Positions 14,001-26,200 of a stretch of DNA of 64,000 nt are shown piece by piece. Location: positions 8,866,001 to 8,930,000 of the forward strand of contig OZ038379.1 in assembly GCA_964036045.1 (NCBI GenBank), given 5' to 3'. Made by a program: the position numbers and the translations under genes. Source of the DNA: Eutreptiella sp. 'Long Island Sound 2002'. Its lineage: Eukaryota > Protista > Euglenida. The notes under the pieces were generated by a model. It ran no database searches. It had not been told where the DNA came from and saw nothing but the letters and a program-made list of their open reading frames with translations. Within the stretch, counting starts at the first letter, position 1. Each line of letters begins with the position of its first letter.

Positions 14001-17000
14001 GCACTACCCCCAATGGGCGCCGCATGTCCCTTGTCGCAGCACGGCCAGTGTGCACGGCCAGTGTACCCCAGCCCTTGGTCCCTAGGAGGCCGTGACCTGA
14101 AAGAGTTCAGGAACGATTGCTGGGCCAACAAGAGCGTGAGCATCGGAACGGCGGCCACCAGAAGGACCAGGTGCTGCTGGAGCGGTTTGCGTGTCCGGAA
14201 CAAGAACCACTCTCCCAAGTCAATGCCTTCAAAGGACAGGGACGGGGCTGCGGTGGTAGCGGCAGTGGTAGTGTACCCGGGTGCCTAACAACTGGTGAAT
14301 TGTTACTCCCCCGGCGGGTATTTTAATTCAAAAAAAAAAAAAAAAAAGCTGGTGTGTCCGGTGGTCAGCAAAATCTGCACAGCTCCAACCGATGGTACTG
14401 AAGGGGTAACCGACGGCGGTCGGAGTGCAACCGACGGCGGTTGGAGGGTAACTGACGGCGGATGGGGGGTAAACGAAGGCGGTTGGAGAGTAACCGGCGG
14501 CGGTTGGTGAGTAACCGACGGCAGTTGGAGGGTAACCGACGGCGGTTGGAGACAAAGTGCTACTAGGCCAAGACCAGGTTTTTCAACTAAAAAAAAAAAC
14601 CCTTGTCCCCTAAAAACCCCATGTATTCCCCTGGGACCACTCAGCGTTTGTGATCCGCATCGGGGCCACGTGGCATAGATTTGGGGGTCTGAAAGGGGAG
14701 GGGGGGGCACTAACCCGAACCAGCTCTCAATGCTGGGACCGAGCTGGTGTCGACACGAGCATTGCACACCACAACGCATGCACCCCACGGGCAGCAACCC
14801 GCGAACTCGGTCCGTGCCCCGGTCTCCCTCCCTATCTGTGCCCATGGTTGTGACCCCGCACATGCAGACGGCTGCAGTGCATTGGTGCACCGAGCATGTG
14901 GCAATGCATGGGCCAAGAGGCTGAAAGGGGTGAGTGGGGGCTCCAATCGGGCCACAAGCACTTGCACAGGCATCCCAAGTGGTCCGGGTTCACTTGTGGA
15001 AGGACGCATTTTTGAACCCTTTGGAAACCTGTTTCAATCTTGAGGTGGCCCATTGTCGAGCCTTTGTGGGACGTTTGGGGCGCCAAAACGGGTTACCACG
15101 GGCTCAAAACGGGCTACAAACGTTCGTCTGGGCGTCCCAATGGATGGAGGACCACAGTTTGGACATACGCTTTCTGGACCCCTGTGTTTCGGTCCCAGAG
15201 TAAGCCAATCTGAAGCCTTTTTGGATCCTTTTGGGGGGCCAACAATGGGTCACCACAGGCTCAAAAAAAGGGGGGGGGCAAAGCCACGGACAGCCGTTGG
15301 CGACGGTTGGTGGTAAGTGATAAATAACTGAGGCGGCCGGATGTGGGCGCTTAACCGCCAGTGGTTGGCCGAAAACCTCCGCCCGTTGGCCAGTAACCAC
15401 GGCCCAGAGGACCGTCCTTGGGGACCGTCCGTAGTAACCGGACGGTTCCTGAGGGACCCCGGTTCGTGCAGACGCCGCACAAAGACACTTCTGGCGGGCA
15501 AGTGGTCAGACGCATCAAACAACAGCCGCAGGCAGATGGCAGGACGCGCGCCTCTTCTGTCGGGGCGGAGGTGTACACAGCCGCCCCGACATGAGCACAA
15601 GCACCGCGTTGGGGGACTACCGAGCAACAACATTCCGATCCTCAGCAACACGTTTGTGCCGGCCCCCGTCGCCAATGCAGCCCCTGACAACGCCATGCCT
15701 TTGGCCAGGTGCACGTTCACAGCCCTGTGAGATGAGCAGAAGGCAAATGGGACCAGGCCCTCTCCGTTCATGGCAAACCACCACCAACACCGGGTCATGG
15801 GGTGATGGGGCATAGCCATCAGAGCCTCTGCATAAAATGTGGGGTGGACACACATGCTGGATTACAGGTAGTGGCATGCACGCCACTACAGCCACGCGAG
15901 AGGGTCGAAGACCATGTGATGCCATATGGAAGGACCAAAGCAAGCCCTAGGGAGGGATATCAGGCGGCGGCGAAGGGAGGGTACAAAATATTGCATCTCT
16001 GCTTCATATCATCTTTGCCACAGCATCCCGTCTTGTTACCGGACCACCAGACCGGGGCCACCGTCTCCACTCACTCCGGCAGCATCATCATCCCAGTCAG
16101 GCTCCTGCAATGCCCCCATCCCCATGTCCAACGTGATGCTGCAAAGAGGCACGTTCCGTTCAGCCCGACCACAGAGCCCCAAATGCCCAAGGGGTGTGGG
16201 GAGGTCCGTATGTAACTGCTTGCTCTGCATCCCTTTCCCCCCTCACGCCGCGTGTGTTGGGGTCCGAAACCACACTGAAACGCCCGCCCCCCGACACAGT
16301 AGCACCATCGTATAGGGGCAAAACCTTGCTGCCCATCAACATCGTGACCACACCGTCCAACTGGGCAACAGAGCACAACGTCTGCACACTCCACAAAGGA
16401 CGACCTAAAGGTCGAACAAATATGGCTCCAACGGGATCCCTACTCCCCGCCCGTCCAAAGATATATACAAAGACCACTGCCAGTGGGCCCCAACAGACCT
16501 ACAGCACTGGCTCTACAGGCGACAATCCGAGCGCAGATGCGCTACAAGAGCCGGTGGGGCGGCAACTGTAAACTGGGAACGGGGCTGCCGCTAGATTGGC
16601 TTGACCAACACCAGTAACGCCAAATCGCGGCCCACCACCTGCAAAACCGTGCTGGCGGAGCAGGTGGCATATCGACAGATGGACCTCGATGCCACACGCC
16701 TCCTCTGCGGGGTCCCCCACCCAAGCATGCGCCAGCCACTCAGCGCCGGCAGTGACTTCGTTCGTGATTGCACATGGTCGACGGTCCAGTGCAACCATCC
16801 TTTGCATACAATGTGTTGAAATTTCCCAAACCAGCCTGCCGAGTCACTGTTGTGGGAAGAGAAAGGCACACGGAATTTCACTGGAGGGCAGTTTGATGAA
16901 GCAGCTGAACACTCGCATGGAAACTTGTACCACACACGAAGCAACGAGGGTTGCATGGATGCAGCAATGGGTCCGAAGAGCCACTAGCCCTTTTCAAAAG

Positions 17001-20000
17001 ACTTGATTCTTGCAGAAGGCTGCAGAGTTGGCTCTCACTTTCAAGCTCTCATGCATTGGTACCGAAGGAGGGGGTGGAGGAGGAGATGCGGTCCCCCGGT
17101 AGGGCGCACCCGCGCACCATCCCCATGATGCCAGCCGGCCCCCACCGATCTGGACCGGCGATCGATGAGGGGGACCCTGACCGTGGGCCCAGTCTGGTTC
17201 AGCATCATGGCTGGGGGCTCTCCTCTTCGTCTCCTACCCATGGGCTCCAGCCCTTGCCACACCCCGACCGCGTGTAGTGGGTACCACTCAGGAGCCTTGG
17301 AGGGGGGGTTCGAAACCTGCTGCACACACGCGCGCGCGCGTTGGGAACCGCAAAAAACCAGAGCAAAAGCACAAGAAAAGCGGTTGGAGATGCCTCCTCA
17401 AGAGCTGCAGAGCAGCCCTAGACGTCTTTCACACGCACACATACACGCACACACACATGACACACGAAGCGCACACACCACACACAGCGCAAACCTCGTG
17501 GCCCGGAAACCCGTGTCCACACTTCCACAGAAATCCTTTGATAGAAAAAAGGGCTGGGGCGTGTTCAATTCAATTTTTGAGCGCTGCGGCTTGAGCTTCA
17601 CGGTGCAATTGCAGATGAAGTATGGTCTCGAGGGGATGTCGGCCAGGAGCATGTCTTCCCCGTTCTTGTAAAATGCACCGACCAGTCGCCTGCACACGAC
17701 ACACATGGGCATCCGCCTTTTTCGCTTTAGGAGTAGACCAGGTGTGCCCTATCGCACCTCATCCCCAGGCTGGTCTTGACCCATTGGCAGAACTGCTGTT
17801 CCGCATTGGCGCACGTTGGGGGGGGGGTTGGCACAAGGCCAAGGGGGGGGGGGGGGGACAGTTAAGGGGAGCTAAGCGAAGGTGTACGTGGGACCTTTGG
17901 TAGACTCCCCCTGCTGAGCACAGCCGCCGACCAAGAGCTACTGAATTGCCACCACTCCAAGGCACACAACTTCAAAGAGGAGTGGGAAGGCAACACAATG
18001 CAAAGCGGTGCGTGAAATGCGCTGCGTGTGGGGGGGTGGGGGTGGGGGCCCAGCTGTACACGCAACCGCCCCCCCCCCAACGTGTCGTCATGCTCAGAGA
18101 AAACGAAGTCTGGCGTAGGCCCAACCCCAGAACGGCGCTGCACATCACTCGCCGGCCTCTGTGAACGAGACCCTTCGCCCCCCCCCACCCCCAAAAAAAC
18201 CACGAAGCACGACATGCGTCTGTGGAGCTGAACACGGCCTGTCCACACAATGCAAAGGGCGCCGTGACACTCGGAGCACTGCTTTATGTAGCGGGACCAA
18301 ACCATCCAAAACGGTCTCTAGTGTGGACCCGGTTTGCACTCTCGGGTATGGGCGTTTCACGGCCCAAACAGACAGATACGGCCAGTACGCAGGTTCACAC
18401 AGTAGACGCGGCCCCCTGTATCGTCGACATCTCGTCGAGGCTCTCGACGCAACCAGCTCCACTTGCGTTTCAGCGCCATCCCCCCACAACAAAGTGAGTG
18501 GGAGCCAACGGGGCGGGGGACAGTCCGCCAAATCACAACACAACCACCGTGACCCAGTGAAACGGCCAGAAGTGCACGAAAACCGAACATCATCGCCCAC
18601 ATTTACAGACCGGGACCCCAATAAACGAGGTCCCCAATGAATGCGCTCCGTTTCTTAGAAAAGCCGTATCTCAGACGCGGGGCGTTAGGGCGGGGGGATA
18701 TGTATAGTGGCGTTTGACCTTCTCCGCGACTCCCAGTCGGCCGTACCCTCTGCACACCCTTTGCTGAGCAACTGGTGGACTTGTTCAGCATCCTTTGCCC
18801 GGCACAACCCTCCCTCGGTGGCCGGGGCCCTCACAGCAGGACACTCTGGGCTCCCCAAACCGCTTCCGGGGCGCTTCTGGAAAGCCTTCGGGGTACGTTC
18901 CGTTGGGGACGACGTCGGACAGTCTCCAGCACAACTGACATGGCAAGCCCCCCTGTGTGACATTCCGTCCGGTTGTTGTTTCTTTACGGGGCCCTGGACG
19001 GTCACCCGTTCTTCCCTTCGCATGTTGCGTCGGGTCGCTACTTTCTGTCGGCCGCTGCGGCCGGTGCTCTTGCTGGTGTTGTTTGCGCGTCAGCGGCGCC
19101 CAGTAGTTGGCGTATTGAGGATGTGCTGGTTGTTGCCGGGGTCGTTTGACTGTGTTTGCTGTCCACACACCTCTGTCCACAGGCCGTCCGTAGCCTGCCT
19201 CGCTGTGTTTCCGTGTGCGTGAGGCCCAGGTGACCTGCTCCTCCACGCGTTGTCCCGACCGTCCACCACATGTCCCTTTCCCCCTCACGGCTGGTCTGCC
19301 CCTGGTGCCCCCCTCCCCCCCCCCCACACACACCGGCGGATGCTGCGCTGCTGTGCAGCGGAGCGAGTGGCCCCAGTGCCGCAGCCCAGGCCGTGCGGTC
19401 CGGGGAGCGGGGCGAGCGAAGGGGCGGGGGGGGTGGGGGGGCAGCGTGGGCAGTGCGACAGGGCATTGCACGTGCTGCGGCATTGTGCTGCTCTGGCCCG
19501 GCCGCGACCACGAGCAACCGTTCTTGCCGGAACGGGACCTGGCGACTGCCACCATGACACCATGACACACACCGGCGGACACGGTAGGCAGAAGGGTGGC
19601 AAAGACAGGGAAGAGGCGTCCTTCGCTCATGGCCCTCGTTTGGCGTCTTTTCCAAACCCCTGACAAAGAGGACATGATTCAGCTGCCGTCGCACAAGACG
19701 CCTGACTAGAAGGTCCCGGGACCCAGCCCCAGCAAGATGGGGCCTGAAGATTGTTGTTGTTGTCATCGTCGTCGTCGTTGTCGTGGTCGTCGTTGTTGGT
19801 TGTTGTTGTTGCTGTGTACAAAAGCCAAACCCTACGAGGCCCTGGGATGACCTCCGCGACCCTGCGGAGGGAACAAGAAAGGTTCGCTGGCACCCGGAGG
19901 TCCCCCCGATGTCCTACCTCTACCTCCACCAAACCCTCTGACCCTGATCCTCCGACGCTGTGTAGAGGCGGGGACACACCGTCGGTACATGTCGTGTGCC

Positions 20001-20245
20001 GCCTGATCCAGCGGGTCTTTGATGAACACCTCGATCAGCAGCAGCACCGCTGTGCACATGTACAGCAGCCAGTCGGGCATTGGGTCCCTGCAGTGGTTGA
20101 CAGGGCGGAGGATGACCCCAGAGGAGTCCCGCGGCGCTTGGGAAGTTCTGTGCTGCACCGTGCACAGGGCTGTCACCCCGTGGACTTTCCAAACGACAAA
20201 CAACAACAAGGACAAACACACAACCACCACCACCACGACCGCCAC

Positions 20246-20283
<38 letters not shown>

Positions 20284-23200
20284 TCCGTGCCCACTTCGTG
20301 TTGGGCACTATGTCCAATACTGAGATCCATACTGAGAAAGTGGGTCTAAGGGGGAGTATCCGCACCGCGCGTGCACCGCGCGCGCACAGCGTCAGGTATT
20401 TGAACAACTTCCCTAGGAGATGGTCCTGGTGGGCCTTGGATGGTCATTGTTATTTCCTCACAGGCTCTGGATGCGTTCCTGGTGGGCTCTGGATGGTCAC
20501 AGGGCTTGGGCTTAGGGCTTGTTAGAATGTTGAAGAAAGATACATTGGCCTGATGTGTCAAAATGTGTGAACGCAAGACAAAACAAAACAACAGCGGTCT
20601 TTCCAATAGTGCCTCTCACTTTGGGTGCACGCACTGGCGGGCGTGCCACCTGCCGCATATGCTGAGGCGCAGACCTGACAATGGGCACAGCAAGCGCTCG
20701 GTCCTCTGGCTTAGGGCAGGATATGGTCCGCCGAGGCGATGCCAGTGCACGACCTCATGCAGCACGTTGTGGGGAGCATGCGACAGAGGCCTACCCCCGG
20801 ACTGACAGCCCGTGCCAGTAAGCGTGCTCGAAGGGGTTGGTGTCGGGGAAGGAGTGCCCGTAGGTGTCCCTGTAGGTGTCGATGTTGGTGTGGTTGATGG
20901 TGTTGTCGGGGGTGTAGGTGAGGGCGTGCTTGTAGGTGTTGGTGTAGGAGTAATGGATGGACTAAACGTTGGAGTGATTGTGGGCGTGGGGCTGGGAGTG
21001 CTGGGCCAAAAGGCAATGGCGCGGCCACCGGTGCGGACGTGCGCGCCAGTCCCCGACGGAGGAAATGGTTGCGGGGCCGACGTGCGGTGGCGAAGTGCCT
21101 GCCGGGATGCGCCCCGGTCATGCTACCCGCCACTCACGCCGCCGAAGGGGACGTGGCCCGCCAACCCTCAGCACATGAAACGTGCCGTGACGATTGGCGG
21201 AGTGTATGATTTCGGGGAAGGGGGTAGGACAGGGCTGCGCTACGGCGGGGGTGATGCCATCCGTCCTTGCCTCCCCATCTTTGGGGACCCGACTCCCGGA
21301 AGAGGGGGGGGGGGGGTGCCTGTCCCAATGCTCACAGGCACCGCAACACACGCCTTCCAAAAACGTCACCTCCGGCGCCTTCGGAGCCTTCGGTTGCGCA
21401 ACTTCAGTTGGGGCGGGGGCACTACCTCTCGAATAGGCGTGTGTGCGGGGAGGTGGGCGGGGGGGGGGGGGGGGCACTAGGACCGCCCCTGTGCCCCTGC
21501 CACGTTCGGGTGCCCGGTGTCTCCAGATCTTTTCGTGTTTGCCCCCCCCCCAAAACAGGCCACAGTGCGGATCTGAGGGGCGGGGGGGGGGGGGGGTCCT
21601 GCACCGACCGCGGCGCTCCACAGGACCCCGCGTTGCTGGTGCAGACCCCCGGGCAGAAGGGCACACCCGCAGCCTATCGAATCCTTGGTGATGTTGATGA
21701 CATTGGTCCCGAACCAAGAGCAGCCAAAGAGCTTCCACACCAAGATCGACGCCACGACGTACAACACCAACAGGCAGCAGCCGATCCCAAATATTGTCAT
21801 CAATACCGTCTGGAGGATGCTGCGCGGACAATGTGATCGAAGTGACCCCCCGCACGGGACGTGCTCACCGAAGCGCGCCACCCCCGATGTGTATGCACTG
21901 CACCCCCTGACTGAGATTTGTCGAATGAGCGGGAGATGGTTGTGCGAATACAAGTGATGAAGCACGAGCTGGTGATGACATCATTGTAGAAGAGTTTGCA
22001 GAGGTTAGTGACGATGAGGTGGTCCAGGACATTGACACATACGATGCATGTCCTCAGCCCAATACAGAGTGACGCAAAGCTCTTGTTGTGGATCATTGCA
22101 AGAATAACAAATGGATAACACCTCCCGCTTTTTGTGTATCAAATGGAGGTGCTGGATATTATTTTGAAGTGCTGGATATTGTAAACGGGGGCAGTTTAGT
22201 GACCGCGTCTCATCTCCAGTCCTGCCACATGCCTCTATACAGTACTCCCCGTCTACTCGTGTCTACTCCCCGTCTACTCGTGTCTAATCCCCGTCTACTC
22301 CCGGTCTACTCCCCGCCTAGTCGTGTCTAGTCCGGGCACCACAGTACAGAGATGGTGCAGGCATGGCAACAACAGGAACTGGTTGCTGCAGCACACGTAC
22401 CATCACGACATGCAATGCCTCCAAAAGGCTGCAGCCTGAGCCTTAGCGAGACACACCCGCTGATGTCGGTCTTGCCAGTGCCCAATGCACGCGTACTTAC
22501 CAATAGGACGCAGATGACCTCCAAAGACAGCACGAGGCTGCGATGGTTCACGTACTTGTTCACCACCAACTCAATGACCTCTGTGTCCTCCTTGACGGGC
22601 GGTGCTACAGTGTCGAGGAATGAGTTGGAGGCCTGTGAGACAGGGGGCGATGTGCGCGAAGAGCACAGGACGTCGGCTGGGGGGGCAGGGTGGCCCTGAG
22701 GGCACCAAAAAAGAATTTCAGTCGCAACGCGCTTTGGGTGGGAGTGGGTGTGGGTGTTTGTGCGAGTAGGTGTAGTGGGTAGTGTGTGGTGTGCGTGCGT
22801 GCGTGTTGTGTATAGGGCAGCCGTGGCAGTGTGTGAGTGCATTCGGCTGCACGGCCACACGTCGTTTGAGACAAAGCACTGGAATAGCTGCACCACTGAT
22901 GTTGATCCGGCGTCCCTGACAGACATTCCTCTAACGCCCAGGCCTTTGTAGCGATGATTCTACGGCCGAAGTCTCATCCCAAGGCGAAGATGGGGGGAGG
23001 GGGGGGGGCTGGACCCCCACAGGATCCACAGGGTGGGGAGAGGGGAGGGGCTAACACGTAAGTAAGGTGGGCTAAGCGAAGGTGCAGATGGCCGGGGGGG
23101 AGGGGGCAGGCGGGTCACAGCTGGTTCCCTGGATGGCCACACAACTCCACTGCATGTCTTGGATGTTCTCCTCCCTCTACATGTCTTGTATGCGGTTTGT

Positions 23201-26200
23201 CTTCCTACAAACCCTGCTGCCCATCTGGGGGGTGTCCAGGAGTACCACTCAATGTGGTGGCTGGCCCCAAGACGGGTGCATCTGGGCGAGCATCCTCCAC
23301 ACTTCACTGTCATGGGAATGACTGAATGTGAAGCACTGCCGGCGCTGGCGTGAGGGGGCGGACAACGGTCCCACCCTAACCAAGGGGAGGAACAGCTCCA
23401 TTGCGACTGGTCGTAATGGTACGGGTGCGCCCTCGTGTCAACACGCCTCGATGGCGCGAGGATACGATGCCCCACCGCAGAGGTGCCGCTCCACGCCCAC
23501 GTGTGTGAGATGAACACTGACAACTGTGTGGGCCGTGGCCTGCGTTCACTTCACTGGTCGGCCCGTTTTGTGTGGGCCCTTGTCGGAGGCCCTGGGGGGC
23601 ACCCACACTGACTGGGTACCGGTGGTCTGGGTGAGGTATGGTGCTACCAAAGGGCCATTACGCCCCCGTTTCGGGTGAATGGTCCTTCAACGAGGGGAGC
23701 AAGAAAAGGTGCGGGGGCGACCACCGTGGCCCGTCTTTCATGCCTGTTCGTGTGGCGCAGGCCCCCGGTGTTGGGGCCGTGTGGGGGCCCCAGGGAAGCG
23801 CCATCACAGGCCGGGTGCCGGTGGGTTGAGGCCTGGTTTGACCCCAGGCCCATGATGCCCCTGTTTGGATGACTGTTGTCTGTTGCCGTGATTCTTCGTA
23901 TGCATCTTCCGTCATGGAGGCGAAGGGGCGGGTTTCTTGACGTTGCGCAATGTGACGCTGAGGCGTTCTCCTCTTGGTTGGGGGGTGTCGTCATGTTGAC
24001 GCGTTTCGATGCCATGTGAATACTTTGTTCGTGAATCTCCGGTGACAACACCCGCCTGATCGATCGCTCCTGATCCCTCATACGGTCGCCGGGGGGGGGG
24101 GTCCTTCATGGCCTATGCTACAGGGCTCCGGGGGGTGTCGAAGCATGAGGGTGGGGTAGATTTGCAGGGCAGCGCTTGGTATGACGCACTCGGTTGTGTT
24201 TTGTGGAGGCGGGCCTCCGGGCGGTAGAGGGCCTTGGCGCCGGAGACACTTGGCGGTGCAGTGATGCAGCTGCGCGCTGTGCATCGTGTGTGGGTGCTGA
24301 CCAGAATCGCGGGCACACATTGAAGCGTGCTCCTGGCGTCAGGTGTCGGCCCGCATCTCCTGACGAGGGCGTTTGTCGGGAAGCACACAAGCCTACCATA
24401 CCGGACCATACCGGGTGGTTTCGGACGGGGGCCACAGGGGGTTTTCTAGTTCGTGTGCCGGTTGGCATTTCCGAGTGTGCGCACTGCATTGCATGTCCCA
24501 AGTCGCTTGGGGAAAAGTATTTTCAGGGGGAGTGGTTTTCGAGTGAAGTGGTTTCACAAGTGTCCCATATGCACACGGCTGATGCACCGAACGCGGTAGC
24601 CAGGCCCCTGCGCGGCATCGAGGAGCCCTCATGCCCTGCACGACACCCCCGCTGTTGCCTAAAAGAGCCGCTCGCCACACGGCAAGTGGTCCGGGGACAG
24701 GGTCTTGAGGTGTTGTAGGGTTTGCGGTGGGAGGCGACTGCGGTCCAAGCCCCAACAATGTGCTGCTTTGGGGCCTGCCTTTTGGCAGGAACAGCCACCC
24801 CAAAAGAATGTCCAGGGGCCCCGAAGTCACGTGGTCCACACACCCACTGTGCCTTGGACAGGGGACGGGGAGACACAAAGCCGCGACCACCAGCAAAAGC
24901 CTTCGCGGCCACCGAACGCACTCGCCTTGTTGCGCGACCCAACTTCGACCTCTTGTTGTGGGCACGGGGCAGTCGCACAGCCGCAGGGCTCAGGGCTCTG
25001 GGGGGGGGGGATCCGTGTCATTGGGGGGGAGGGGCCCAGGGACGGGGCATGTCAGCCAGATAGTGCGACGCCACGACGCAGGTGCCGCACTCTGCGAGTG
25101 GCGGGGCACGTACCTTGTTTGTTGCAACGGACGCCACCGTGACGATGTTCCGTGCGATGGAGATGGTGAAGAAGCAGCAGAAGGCGATCACGCAGCCGAC
25201 CACGAACACCTGCGATGACGCGGTGGTGTGCGCTACCCATGGACGAGGCAGGCGCGCACGCGCCCTCCATTCGTCAACGGGTGGGCGGGTCCAGAGAGCA
25301 GGCGACCGGCGCGCAACTGGCAGACTCGATGGCCAATGCCCCTCGCAGTACCGCAGCAAATGGGAGAGGGTGGCATAGGGCGGTGGGGTGCGCGGGGCCA
25401 ACACGGTAGCCCTGCTGGCTACCCCTTTGAGAAGAGGCCGAATGAAGGGGGGCCGGCGGCATATGCCCATCTTCTTGAATGCGGGGTACCCAAGGGACAG
25501 CCATTTCACGGCCCGGAGGGCCAGTCGGGGCAAAGGGTCGGGCCAGGGGTTCCAAGGGGGATGCCCCCCCCTGCACGACAACGCATCACCTCCATGGGAC
25601 CACGGTGTTGCGGACGGACATCCGCCCCCCCTTTATGACATTCCGTCTGGTTGTTGCTCCTTTACGGGGCCCTGGACGGTCACCCGTTCTTCCCTTCGCA
25701 TGTTGCGTCGGGTCGCTGCTTTCTGTTGGCCGCTGCGGCCGGTGCTCTTGCTGGTGTCGTTTCCGCGTTCGCGGAGCCCAGGATTTGGTGTGTTAGGACT
25801 GTGCTGAATGTGGCATGGTGTGCCGTTTGCGTGTCAGCGGCGCCCAATAGTTGGCGTATTGAGGATGTGCTGGTTGTTGCCGGGGTCGTTTGACCCCCCC
25901 TTGACCTTCTTCCCTCCCTCCCCCCCTCCCCCCAGGGAGGAAGAGGAAGGTCAAAGGGTGGTGAGAAGGCGATGGGCACCACCGCCTATGGAGGGAAAGG
26001 GTCCAAGGGAAGGGCTGCGAATGGCGATCGGCCAGTAGGCGCCGCCAGCTGCAGACGAGATCATCACACCATGGCGTCATGCCAAAACCCCCCTCCCCCC
26101 GAGGCCCGTACGCCCGCACACCTGCAGGCTGTAGTACAGCACGTACTGGTTCAGGATGTTTTGAGTGCCCGCGGGCTCGATCTGGTCCACATCCTGCAAA

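Noticed and set aside
13411-14085. ORFs with ERER, GEGE, LSLS or LPLP runs
   Set aside because: Translations of the (GGGAGA)n repeat; only 14097-14226 is exonic.
21672-21674. GC-AG intron joining the 21.7-kb exon directly to the 20.3-kb exon
   Set aside because: The PT-rich exon at 20795-21000 gives a fully canonical, phase-consistent path.
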